Positions 47,141 to 55,705 of a stretch of DNA of 64,000 nt are shown piece after piece; the stretch's first letter is position 1; every line of letters starts with the position of its first letter. A program made the translations under genes and the position numbers. Source of the stretch: an uncultured Candidatus Saccharibacteria bacterium. GTDB lineage: Bacteria > Patescibacteriota > Minisyncoccia > Phycocordibacterales > UBA12088. Under the pieces are notes generated by a model, which was not told where the DNA came from, did not search any database, and saw only the letters and a list, made by a program, of their open reading frames with translations. The stretch spans positions 523,723-587,722 of the forward strand of contig CAZMLK010000001.1 of the NCBI GenBank assembly GCA_964567265.1. The letters run 5' to 3'.

Positions 47141-47875
47141 CTAGACACCCGCAAGTGTGATCGCGAGATACAGGGTGAGCACTCCGAGCACCGTCATGAG
47201 CGTGGTCCAGACGGTCGGATGCGCATGGTGGCTTTCAGGGAGAAGGTCGCTCGCGCCGATATACAGGAAGAAGCCGGCAAAGAGCGCCAGGAGCACGCCG
47301 AGCGAGCTCTCAGGAAGCGTGAAGAAGAGCGTTGAGATGATGCCGAGGATTGGGGTCGTCGCATCAAGAAGGAGCCAACGGAACGCCGTCCGTTTCCTGC
47401 CGCCGTTCTTGAGGATGAGATTGACTGTGTTGATGCCGTCGGAAAAATCATGGACGAGGACGGCGACCGCGACGATCGCGCCGACGGCCGCTGAGACCTG
47501 GAACGCGAGGCCGATGGCAACGCCGTCGAGGAAGCTATGGATCGAGAGGCTGCCGGCGCCCAAGGTGCCGCGACGCTCATGGCCGTGCGCATGCTCTCCA
47601 ATGTGATCTTCGTCGCGATGGCTATGAAGCACGATGAAGCGATCGAGGATCATGTAGAGCACGAAGCCGAGCGCCGCGAATGCGGTGAGGGTGCTCGCGG
47701 AATGTGTCGCGCCTCCAAGCTCTATCGCTTCAGGCAACAGGTCGAAGAATGCGACCCCGATAACGGCGCCCGCGCTGAACCCGATGATGAGGTGGAGGCG
47801 GTCGCGGAACCGGAGCGCGAAAAGGCCGCCCGAGAGGGTGGCTCCGAAGGTCGCGATACTGAGCAGGAAAAGCAT
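47141..47875 (-). CDS. ZIP-family divalent metal (zinc) transporter, ZupT-like
   Basis: 8 TM helices. The His-rich loop HSHRDEDHIGEHAHGHE and the HDFSDG/HNxxEG-like metal-binding motifs in TM4-5. Confidence 0.9.
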   Translation of the reverse strand: MLFLLSIATFGATLSGGLFALRFRDRLHLIIGFSAGAVIGVAFFDLLPEAIELGGATHSASTLTAFAALGFVLYMILDRFIVLHSHRDEDHIGEHAHGHERRGTLGAGSLSIHSFLDGVAIGLAFQVSAAVGAIVAVAVLVHDFSDGINTVNLILKNGGRKRTAFRWLLLDATTPILGIISTLFFTLPESSLGVLLALFAGFFLYIGASDLLPESHHAHPTVWTTLMTVLGVLTLYLAITLAGV

Positions 47876-47986
47876 GCGAGCAATGGTAGCGCGAAGCAGG
47901 GCGAAATGCTACTCCCCAGGTGCCGTTCGACCGTCCTGTGTAAAAAAGAAAAGCTGAGCGCTTTGCCGGTGCTATACTGCGTGCAT

Positions 47987-48724
47987 ATGCATAGATCGCG
48001 CGGATTCGGACTGCCCCTCCTCATCGGCATCATCGCAATCATCACCATCGTGGTCGGCGGGAGTTATTACTATGCGGAGATGCGCTGGCCGAGCCGCGCA
48101 CCAGAACCGATCGGCTGCACACTCGAGGCAAAGATATGTCCTGATGGCTCGTCAGTAGGACGCACGGGACCGAATTGCACCTTTGCAGACTGCCCTCCGT
48201 TAGCCCTGGAAACTGGCAAGGTCACTGCCAGCAGCACGACCACCATCGCACCCGGACCGCTCTCTGCGGAAGAGCAGGCGGCATTGTTCAAGAAGGCCGC
48301 AACTCCTATAGCTGAGCCGAAGAAAGAAGCGCCAGCATTAAAAAAGGGGGGCTATACCGGGACCTTGCTTGCAGGGTCGACAAACACATCGCCACTGCTC
48401 GCATTCACCCTCTCGGATTATCGGAAAGCCCAGCAATCGGGACTTTTGATCGTTCTCTTTTTCTATAGCGACTGGTCGCCGATATCACGTGCCGAATTCG
48501 CTGAGATGCAGTCGGCATTCAACGGTCTCTCAGGCGGTGCGATCGGCTTCCGGGTGAACTATGTCGACAGCTCGATGGATGCCGATGAGAAAGAGCTGGC
48601 ATACTCATTCGAAGTCGCGCATGAGGCGGCGAAGGTTCTTCTCAAAGGCGATGCAGTGCTCCTGAAGACGACCAAGCAATGGATGGCGAAGGATTTCGTC
48701 ACTGAGATAAAGGCGAGGCGGTAA
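47987..48724 (+). CDS. Membrane-anchored thioredoxin-fold-like hypothetical protein lacking the CxxC dyad
   Basis: Start MHRSRGF sits 10 nt after a TATACT box (leaderless). It has a TM helix and a Cys-rich segment (CTLEAKICPDG..CTFADC). LLIVLFFYSDWSPISRAE resembles the thioredoxin FxAxWCGPC region with WSPIS substituted. The ORF-track 5' extension to 47537 is antisense to the ZIP gene and was discarded. Confidence 0.45.
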   Translation: MHRSRGFGLPLLIGIIAIITIVVGGSYYYAEMRWPSRAPEPIGCTLEAKICPDGSSVGRTGPNCTFADCPPLALETGKVTASSTTTIAPGPLSAEEQAALFKKAATPIAEPKKEAPALKKGGYTGTLLAGSTNTSPLLAFTLSDYRKAQQSGLLIVLFFYSDWSPISRAEFAEMQSAFNGLSGGAIGFRVNYVDSSMDADEKELAYSFEVAHEAAKVLLKGDAVLLKTTKQWMAKDFVTEIKARR

Positions 48725-48734
48725 GGCTGCCAGC

Positions 48735-48772
48735 AAAAACCCCGCACGGCACTCGTGCCGCGCGGGGTTTTT
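48735..48772. terminator. Bidirectional intrinsic terminator (AAAAACCCCGCACGGCAC-tc-GTGCCGCGCGGGGTTTTT)
   Basis: About 13 bp stem with one mismatch, flanked by A5 and T5, between convergent genes. Confidence 0.75.
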
Positions 48773-48798
48773 CATTTACCTGGGGTCAGTCGCAAACC

Positions 48799-49506
48799 CT
48801 ACTGCACCTCGACCGCCGTAATGACGACCGGCGTGGTCGGGACATCACGAGGACTGCGTGCAGACTTCGAGATCTGATCGACGACCTCCATGCCGCTAAT
48901 CACCTTGCCGAAGACCGGATGTGCGCTGTTGTTCGGATCAGGAACATCGAAGTCGAGCGCCTTGTTGTCGACGACGTTGATGAAGAATTGGCTGCCGCCG
49001 GTGCCTGGTCCTGCGTTCGCCATGGCGATCGTGCCGCGGACGTTCGACAGGCCGGCCACGAACTCATCCTTGATCGCATAGCCCGGGCCTCCGGTTCCCC
49101 ACTGCGCCATTTTCGAATCGTCCTTCGTAAGCGGGTCGCCGCCCTGGATCATGAAGTTCGGGATGACGCGGTGGAACTTCGTATTCGTGTAATAGCCCTC
49201 CTTCGCGAGCTTCACGAAGTTTCCTGCCGTGATCGGCATCTTGTCGGTAAAGAGCTCGAGGACGATGTCGCCCTGGCTGGTCTTCAGTGTGACGTGCGGA
49301 TTTCCCATGGTGTTTGTAGATTGCTGATTCGTCTGGTTGGTAGTAGTGGCGGGTGCGGTCGCATCAGGCGTTCCGGTCGTCGTCTGAGACGTCCCGTACG
49401 TGTCGGTGGACTGCATCGCGGGTGCTGGCGTCCTTCCGAACCACCAGAATCCGGCTCCGACGATGATAATGCCGGCGATCACGCCGAGGTACATGGTTTT
49501 TTGCAT
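48799..49506 (-). CDS. Membrane-anchored cyclophilin-type peptidyl-prolyl cis-trans isomerase
   Basis: HRVIPNFMIQGGDP, GTIAMANAGPGTGGSQFFIN and the remaining cyclophilin core. The N-terminal TM helix starts at MQKTMYLGVIAGIIIVGAGF. The ORF-track extension to 49650 is unlikely. Confidence 0.9.
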   Translation of the reverse strand: MQKTMYLGVIAGIIIVGAGFWWFGRTPAPAMQSTDTYGTSQTTTGTPDATAPATTTNQTNQQSTNTMGNPHVTLKTSQGDIVLELFTDKMPITAGNFVKLAKEGYYTNTKFHRVIPNFMIQGGDPLTKDDSKMAQWGTGGPGYAIKDEFVAGLSNVRGTIAMANAGPGTGGSQFFINVVDNKALDFDVPDPNNSAHPVFGKVISGMEVVDQISKSARSPRDVPTTPVVITAVEVQ

Positions 49507-49609
49507 ACTTGCTGAGTATACCGGATTCGTATGGAAAAGAAAAAGCCGCGTCCCGTGAGGGGCGCGGCAAGTGGGTGCGAGGGTCGTATGTTGACCCTTC
49601 GCGAATAAT

Positions 49610-49825
49610 CTAGTCCTCGCAACGGCCGGTGATGATGACCGTATTGTCACCGGCGTCCTTGTGGTTCGTATTCAGCTTGCCCTTCGGGCAGCTGAGGACG
49701 GCCGTAATCTCCTGCTTGTCCGCATCGAGCGCGGACGTCAGCACGGGAGCGCTTTCCCGTCCTCCGGAACATGCCGCTGTGGTGAGCGTGACTGCTAAAA
49801 GCAGGAGCGTGGTCAGTAGTCTCAT
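49610..49825 (-). CDS. Small putative secreted or lipoprotein (71 aa) with 4 Cys
   Basis: MRLLTTLLLLAVTLTTAAC looks like a signal peptide with a lipobox-like TAAC. Confidence 0.3.
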   Translation of the reverse strand: MRLLTTLLLLAVTLTTAACSGGRESAPVLTSALDADKQEITAVLSCPKGKLNTNHKDAGDNTVIITGRCED

Positions 49826-50113
49826 GGTCGGACTCCAGTGTCAGTGTCGCGTCATGCGCGCAACGTGTGGGGCTACCTCAGCTGCAAGAAGCACGGCCTC
49901 TGCAGCGGTGATCTTGAGGAACGGAACCGGTGACGGTGATTGCTCATGCATCGTCGTGAAAAATAAGCCAAGGACGATGATGCTTGCGATACCGATCGCA
50001 TTGTAGGTTTGAGAACCAGACGCCAACACGCTCTCCTGTTGCTTGCAAGGTGCTTGAGGTACCAAGCAACCTTACCACGTAGTAATATACTTGTCAAGTG
50101 TGTAGCCGCGTCA

Positions 50114-52408
50114 TTACTTGGCGACTGCGACCGCTTCCTCGAACTTGACCGACAGGAGCTTGGAGATGCCGTCAGAGCCCATGGTGACGCCGTAGAGGAT
50201 GCCTGCACGGCTCATGGTCTCGCGATTGTGGGTGATCAGAATGAGTTGGGATTTCTTCGAGAGGCTCTCGATCATGTCGCCGTAGCGGCGGCTGTTGGCT
50301 TCATCGAGCGCGGCGTCGGTCTCGTCGAGTATCAAAAACGGTGGCGGATTCACCTGTGACATGGCGAAGATGAGCGCAATCGAGGTGAGCGCCCGCTCCC
50401 CTCCTGAGAGCATCGCGAGTCCCCGGACGCGCTTGTTGGGGAGATTCACCGACACATCCACGCCCTCTTCCGTATCACCTTCTTCCATCTCGGATTCATC
50501 GCCCGCCCCATCGAGATCGAGCGCGGCACCTTTCTTCCGCTTCTCCCCCTCAACCAGGGTGAGCCCGCCTGAGCCGCCGCCGAACATAATCATGAAAAAA
50601 TTGTTGAATTCGCGCGAGATAAGGTCGATGCCCTCGTGGAACTTCGCATCAAGCTTCGTCTCGAGTTCGACGATCAGCTCCTTGAGCGATGCAGCCGACT
50701 TCTCGAGGTCGGCAAGCTCGCGTGTGAGGAATTCATCGCGCTCCTTCACCTCCTTGTACTCGCGCATGATGTCCTCGGCCGACGCGCCACCGAGCTCTTC
50801 GAGCCGGATCTTCAGCTTCTCGAGCGTGCGGCGGCGCCCCTCCTGCACGTCGCGCTTCTCGGAGACGATGCTCTCCGTACTCGCCTCGTCGCCATTGTCG
50901 CCAAGAATGCGGATCTCCTTATACCCCCCGACATATTCGCCGATGAGTGCTGCCGCCTCCGAGAGCTCGCGCTCGAATTCGCCGCGATGTCGCACTACTT
51001 GTTCTTCCTGCATGCGAAGCGTCTGGAGTACTGTACGCACTTCGGCTTCCGAAGTCATGATCTCGAAGACGGCGCGTTCGGCCTCGCGGCTCTTGTCCTT
51101 CTTGCCTTCGATCTCCTGGCGGAGAGCACGGTACTGCGATTCAAGCTCGCGTTCCGCGGATTCCGCTTCCTTGATGCTCGAGGCGATGCGAGCGTGCTTG
51201 TCACGGAGTTCCTCGACGAGGCCCTCATTCTCCACGCGAACACGCTCCGTCTTCGCCGTCGCGATATGCGCGATGAAATCACGGAGCCGGGTGAGCGCAT
51301 TCTTGAGGGTCGTGCGGATGTGGGATGGATCGACTGATTCTTCCGCGCTCCGGAGCTCGCCTTCGATCTCATCGGCAAGCGAGCGGACATCGCGGAGCGC
51401 GACGACCTCGTCACCGCCTGTCTCGATCGCCTTCTCTTCGCGCTCCTTGCGGCGCTCTTCGGCGACGATCTCGCCTTCGAGGCGGCCAAGGTCACGTGAG
51501 AGCGTATCCTTCACGCTCCGCGCTTCACGGAGACTGGTCTCGATACGAAGCACGTCGTCGCTCTTCGCGTCATGGCCGTCTGACTCCGAAAGCGCCTGTC
51601 GCGCCTCTCGGAGCCGCTCCTCGAGCTCGCGCATCTCGCGCTCCGGCTTCTCCTTCTCGCGCGCCAATGATTCGCTCGCGTAGGCGAGATACAGCTCCTC
51701 TCGCTTCAGGTACTCCTGATATGACTGCGCGAGCTCTTCGCGGAGCAAGACCGCCTTCTGGAGCTTTTCAACTTGGCGCTCGAGGAAGCGGAGATGCGGC
51801 GCGTTCTCCTTGCGGAGCGCTTCCACCTGCTTCCGGTTCTCTTCGGTCTTCTCGAGCTTCTTCCGGCTCTCGTCTTTCTTGTATTGGAACACGCGAAGCC
51901 CGAGCGCGTCCTCGATCATCGCACGGCGCTCCTTCGGATTCGCGGTGAGCACGCGATCCGCTTCGCCCTGAGAGATGATGTGGTGACCGGATGAGCCGAC
52001 GTTGGCGCCGGCGAGGAGCTCGATGACATCGCGGAGACGCACCTTGGTGCCGCTGATCAGATATTCGTTCTCGCCGTCGCGATGCACGACACGCTCGATC
52101 GAGACTTCGTCATAATCAACCGGGAGCAGGCGCTTGCCGTTGATGCTCGGGTTGTCGAAGACGACCTTCACGCCCGCGCGGTTCATGCGCGCGACTGATG
52201 CCGATCCGTTGAAGATGAGATCCTCGCCGCGCTTCCCGCGCATCGACTTGATGGACTGCTCTCCGAGCACGAAGCGGAATGCTTCCGCGACGTTCGATTT
52301 CCCGGAACCATTCGGTCCCACAATAGAAGTAATCGCCGAGCTGAATTCCAGGTCGGTTTTCTTGGCGAACGACTTAAACCCCGAGACTTCGAGGCTCTTC
52401 AAATGCAT
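50114..52408 (-). CDS. smc: SMC-like ABC-type ATPase (764 aa) with an SMC head and long coiled coil but no recognisable hinge domain
   Basis: N-terminal Walker A (GPNGSGKSN). C-terminal signature LSGGERALTSIALIFA, Walker B ILDETDAALD and D-loop. Continuous heptad-rich region from residues ~170-600. No GxxGxxxDLI hinge. Start chosen at MHLKSLEV (52408), preceded by TACACT 7 nt upstream. Conserved rnc-smc neighbourhood. Confidence 0.85.
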   Translation of the reverse strand: MHLKSLEVSGFKSFAKKTDLEFSSAITSIVGPNGSGKSNVAEAFRFVLGEQSIKSMRGKRGEDLIFNGSASVARMNRAGVKVVFDNPSINGKRLLPVDYDEVSIERVVHRDGENEYLISGTKVRLRDVIELLAGANVGSSGHHIISQGEADRVLTANPKERRAMIEDALGLRVFQYKKDESRKKLEKTEENRKQVEALRKENAPHLRFLERQVEKLQKAVLLREELAQSYQEYLKREELYLAYASESLAREKEKPEREMRELEERLREARQALSESDGHDAKSDDVLRIETSLREARSVKDTLSRDLGRLEGEIVAEERRKEREEKAIETGGDEVVALRDVRSLADEIEGELRSAEESVDPSHIRTTLKNALTRLRDFIAHIATAKTERVRVENEGLVEELRDKHARIASSIKEAESAERELESQYRALRQEIEGKKDKSREAERAVFEIMTSEAEVRTVLQTLRMQEEQVVRHRGEFERELSEAAALIGEYVGGYKEIRILGDNGDEASTESIVSEKRDVQEGRRRTLEKLKIRLEELGGASAEDIMREYKEVKERDEFLTRELADLEKSAASLKELIVELETKLDAKFHEGIDLISREFNNFFMIMFGGGSGGLTLVEGEKRKKGAALDLDGAGDESEMEEGDTEEGVDVSVNLPNKRVRGLAMLSGGERALTSIALIFAMSQVNPPPFLILDETDAALDEANSRRYGDMIESLSKKSQLILITHNRETMSRAGILYGVTMGSDGISKLLSVKFEEAVAVAK

Positions 52409-52474
52409 AGGAAATAGTGTATCATGCCGCTCATGAAGGGCTGAAAAAGCAGGTGAAAAAGTGCAGCAAAAGAT

Positions 52475-52501
52475 AAAGGGCGCCCCGGAGGGGCGCCCTT
52501 T
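52475..52501. terminator. Bidirectional intrinsic terminator (AAAGGGCGCCCC-gga-GGGGCGCCCTTT)
   Basis: Perfect 9 bp GC stem flanked by A3 and T3. Placed to terminate the minus-strand ORF 52537..52806. Confidence 0.75.
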
Positions 52502-52536
52502 CATATGTCATTCGAACGAACTAATGAGTGTGCGCT

Positions 52537-52806
52537 TCAGTATGCCCGCGCGCGCCTAGTCGGACAGCCGCGACCCCTTCCGTGACGGCGATCTTTCCGC
52601 GGTGGCTTCTCGCCAGGCAGGAGCTGCGGCGCTTTCGGGCTGCCAGACCCGTTGGTGATCTTGCCCGGAAGGCTTCCAAGAAGGCGCTCCTCCCGACGCC
52701 TGAGCTGGCCCAGGGAAAGCGATGGAGCGAGATCGCTCGAATCCCTGCCGCTACGAGCCGGTGCTGCAACCTCGACCGCACGATCAGGATAATTCCGATG
52801 TGCCAC
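52537..52806 (-). CDS. Small highly basic hypothetical protein (89 aa), GTG start
   Basis: AAGGAG RBS 5 nt upstream of the GTG, and a terminator 35 nt downstream. The sequence is Arg/Pro/Gly-rich and disordered-looking. Confidence 0.3.
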   Translation of the reverse strand: MAHRNYPDRAVEVAAPARSGRDSSDLAPSLSLGQLRRREERLLGSLPGKITNGSGSPKAPQLLPGEKPPRKDRRHGRGRGCPTRRARAY

Positions 52807-53221
52807 GATGACTCCTTATCCCAAAGTTGATACCGCGAAATAGCATCCCATATTCGGGCACGATCGTCAAAATACTGGAATGCAAAGCGGCGGCCCGATC
52901 AGGGCCGCCGCCACGTGCACAGATTCAAATCAGCGTCAGGGACGGCCTTGCTGCGGTCGCCGCATCGTCAGCAAGTCACCGAATACAAGTACTCGTTCTT
53001 GGTGTGGCGGCTGCACCTCCATTTCGACATGGGCGTAGGTTCCTACACCAGATGCATCCACATGTCGCCAGGTCATCAACGGCACGACCCGACCGCTTGA
53101 ATCACGGACATGGCCAGTGATTTCGCCTCGCGGATAATCAAGCGTCTGGCCCTCGATCTTTTGTTTCAAGACAAAGCCTCCGGCTGCTGTTTCCCCGGGG
53201 TATCCGGGGTCCAAAATGAAT

Positions 53222-53926
53222 CTACCACGCCTTCTTTTCGAGCGCCACGCGGGCTGCCGACTGCTCGGCTTCCTGCTTCGACTTCCCTTCGCCTTCAGCG
53301 ACGAGCTCGGTACCGAGGTAGACGCCGACGGTGAATTTCTTGTCGTGGTCAGGGCCGCTCTCTGAGAGGATCTTGTAGGTCGGCGTGATCGAGACGCGCT
53401 CCTGCGCTTCTTCCTGGAGATGGCTCTTGTCATCCTGCCAGAGCTTCTTCGAGACGATCTCGTCGGTCAGCGGGAAAATATTCTGCCCGATGAACTTCTC
53501 AGCGGCATCGTATCCCTGATCGAGATAGATCGCCCCGACGACCGATTCGAAGGTGTTCGCGAGGATGTACTGGCGGGCGCGGCCGGTGTCCTTCGCTTCG
53601 CCGCGCGACAGCATGAGGAACTCGTTCATGCCGAGCTTCTGGGCGACTATCGAGATGGTGTTCGTATTCACGAGCGCCGCGCGGTAGGCAGTGAGCTCAC
53701 CCTCGTTGTCGCCAGGGAACTTGTCGAAGAGGAACCGGGTCACGACCAATTCCAAAACCGCGTCCCCGAGGAATTCAAGACGCTCATTGTGGGAAACGGT
53801 CGCTCCGCGGTGCTCGTTGAGATACGAGCGATGCGTGAATGCTTGTTCGATCAACGCCTTGTTGTTGAATGGAAATCCAATGCGGGCGGTGAAACTATCG
53901 ATATCTTTCTTGTCCATACCGGTCAT
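53222..53926 (-). CDS. rnc: Ribonuclease III
   Basis: ERLEFLGDAVLELVV (RNase III signature) and a C-terminal dsRBD (KSKQEAEQSAARVAL). Confidence 0.95.
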   Translation of the reverse strand: MTGMDKKDIDSFTARIGFPFNNKALIEQAFTHRSYLNEHRGATVSHNERLEFLGDAVLELVVTRFLFDKFPGDNEGELTAYRAALVNTNTISIVAQKLGMNEFLMLSRGEAKDTGRARQYILANTFESVVGAIYLDQGYDAAEKFIGQNIFPLTDEIVSKKLWQDDKSHLQEEAQERVSITPTYKILSESGPDHDKKFTVGVYLGTELVAEGEGKSKQEAEQSAARVALEKKAW

Positions 53927-54074
53927 AGTTTATCTGAGAGTATTTCCACAGCCCTTCTGCAGACTTCAGATGCGAGGCGCGGGAAGACAAAGTTCGAAGA
54001 CGTATTTCATATACGGCGACGGACTTTGTTGGGTCCTGCAACGATGCAGGTGGAGTTTGCAGAAGGGCTGTCAA

Positions 54075-55004
54075 TTACTGTTTCTGCAACAGCAGATTGA
54101 TGGCCTTGGTAATAATGGGGAGGATATCGCGATAGAAGTTGAGGTCGAGGATGCTTGAGAGCTTGAACCAGCGGGCGTCATCGAGACCTCCTTTTTCTTC
54201 AAGGGTGATTTCAGAGAATTCTGATTCAGCGAGGAAGTAGATGACGCGCTTACGCTTCTTGCCGTCGCCAGGCGTCGAAGCGACGTACTCGTTCTCGCCG
54301 AGCTTGTCCTTGACGGTGATGTCGAGATTGATCTCTTCCTTGATCTCGCGGACGACGCCGTCTTCTTCGGAGATGCCGTCCTCGATGCCACCCTTCGGCA
54401 GCGTCCAGTGGCCGAAGACATCGTGGACGAGCGCGACATACACATCATCGCCTTCGCGAGCGAAGACGACGGCGCCGACTTTGCGCTCGATCGGAAGCTT
54501 GTCGTACGGGATCTCCTCGCGCTTCTTGTGCTTCCCTTGCGGGTGCGGCTTCTTGGAGGTTTCTTCTTTGCCGGGCTCGCCGAGCTCCTTGTACACGGCC
54601 CCGAGGACGCCGTTCACGAAGCGGCCGCTCGACTCGCCGCCGAAATTCTTCCCGAGCTCGATTGCCTCGTTTATGGCGACCTTCGCAGGCACTTCCTTGC
54701 GATCCGCGAACAGGAGCTCGTAGAGGCCGAGGCGGAGGATGTTGCGATCAACCGGCGCGATCTTGTCGATCGGCCATTCAGGAGCAGCCTTCTCGATGAT
54801 GAGATCGAGATCCTTCTGCTTCTCCCTGACTCCCTGGAGCAGATTCTTCATGTACGAAAAATCGCCCGTACCGGGAGCGAATTCATCAATATTGCGCTGG
54901 AGCACCTCTTCGACGTCGATATTCCCCTGGCCGTCCTTTGTAGTGACGTCCCATTCAAAGAGCGTTTGGAGGACTATTGACCTCGATAGGTGCCTGTTTG
55001 CCAT
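54075..55004 (-). CDS. nusB: Fusion protein: N-terminal transcription antitermination factor NusB domain plus C-terminal Nudix hydrolase domain
   Basis: Residues 1-140 (RSIVLQTLFEWDV...DRNILRLGLYELLF...VAINEAIELGKNFGGESSGRFVNGVL) are NusB. Residues ~170-309 carry the Nudix box GGIEDGISEEDGVVREIKEEINL (Gx5Ex7REUxEExGU). Confidence 0.85.
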   Translation of the reverse strand: MANRHLSRSIVLQTLFEWDVTTKDGQGNIDVEEVLQRNIDEFAPGTGDFSYMKNLLQGVREKQKDLDLIIEKAAPEWPIDKIAPVDRNILRLGLYELLFADRKEVPAKVAINEAIELGKNFGGESSGRFVNGVLGAVYKELGEPGKEETSKKPHPQGKHKKREEIPYDKLPIERKVGAVVFAREGDDVYVALVHDVFGHWTLPKGGIEDGISEEDGVVREIKEEINLDITVKDKLGENEYVASTPGDGKKRKRVIYFLAESEFSEITLEEKGGLDDARWFKLSSILDLNFYRDILPIITKAINLLLQKQ

Positions 55005-55084
55005 TCTGGTTCGCGTATGCGATTCGCTTCCTCTTCTTCCCCTGTCAACTCACTTTTGCGACGTTCGCAGCAGTGATCACTTCT

Positions 55085-55309
55085 CTATTTCGCGGCAGTC
55101 TTCCGTGCGGTCCGGACAGTGCGCTTCGCCGTCTTCTTGGCGACATCGACAACCTGCTTCCCGCGGTACATCCCACAGGCCGTACAAACCGTGTGGCGCA
55201 CATGCTGGGCACCACAATTCGCACACTTTGAAAGGCGTGCGGACGGAAGGCGGTGGTGACTGCGTGTCGCCCCTACCTTCGCTCTTGTACGTTTCATCCT
55301 GACGGACAT
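55085..55309 (-). CDS. rpmF: 50S ribosomal protein L32 with a basic C-terminal tail
   Basis: RTRAKVGATRSHHRLP...CANCGAQHVRHTVCTACGMYRGKQV is the L32 zinc-ribbon consensus. Confidence 0.85.
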   Translation of the reverse strand: MSVRMKRTRAKVGATRSHHRLPSARLSKCANCGAQHVRHTVCTACGMYRGKQVVDVAKKTAKRTVRTARKTAAK

Positions 55310-55420
55310 GCGGGTACTCTAGCGCAGATAGCCGAAAATGACAAGAAATGTGGGGAAAACATGAACTTTGAGAGAAAAGGCGCCGGCCGTGGTTTGACAC
55401 GAGTCCGGCGTCCTGAAGAG

Positions 55421-55705
55421 TCACCTAGTTTTTGGTCGGTCTGGACAAATGGATCCGGAAGGGACATAGCGGAGGCCCGGACCTCCTGCACGTGCGGTGC
55501 AAAATATCTGCAGATCTTTGCGAGCGGTAGATCCGCCGCTTCCGCAGGTACCCTCGTACTTGGGGCAACCAGAGCAAATAGCGGGCGGTTTAGGAGGCGC
55601 AGGCGGTCTCGACATTTCGGCGCTAGTGGGCGCCCGAGCGAGGAAGTGTCCGTTACGGTGGGCCATGCAAAGTCGTCCTGTGGAAAAGTGTCCGCTATTC
55701 ATCAT
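55421..55705 (-). CDS. Hypothetical Cys-rich small protein (94 aa), translationally coupled to rnhB via an ATGA overlap
   Basis: The start ATG overlaps the rnhB stop TGA. Six Cys including a CSGC pair. No family recognised. Confidence 0.35.
   Translation of the reverse strand: MMNSGHFSTGRLCMAHRNGHFLARAPTSAEMSRPPAPPKPPAICSGCPKYEGTCGSGGSTARKDLQIFCTARAGGPGLRYVPSGSICPDRPKTR

Noticed and set aside
47537-47986. 5' extension of the ORF 47537..48724 (395 aa)
   Set aside because: The extension is antisense to the ZIP transporter gene. The real start is MHRSRGF at 47987, 10 nt after a TATACT box.
50114-52408. SMC-like gene as a Lamassu LmuB-type defence ATPase
   Set aside because: It sits in the conserved housekeeping rnc-smc synteny with no adjacent effector (LmuA-like) gene, so a chromosomal condensin-like role is more parsimonious. 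The hinge-less architecture is still flagged as a finding.
55441-55500. Minus-strand stretch AGGAGGTCCGGGCCTCC resembling the RNase P RNA P4 motif (AGGAAAGUCCGGGCUCC)
   Set aside because: A full RNase P RNA would need ~300 more nt downstream, which is occupied by rpmF. No matching 3' P4 strand (ACAGAAxCCGGCUUA) or other conserved regions were found. The resemblance is most likely GC-rich chance similarity inside a coding ORF.
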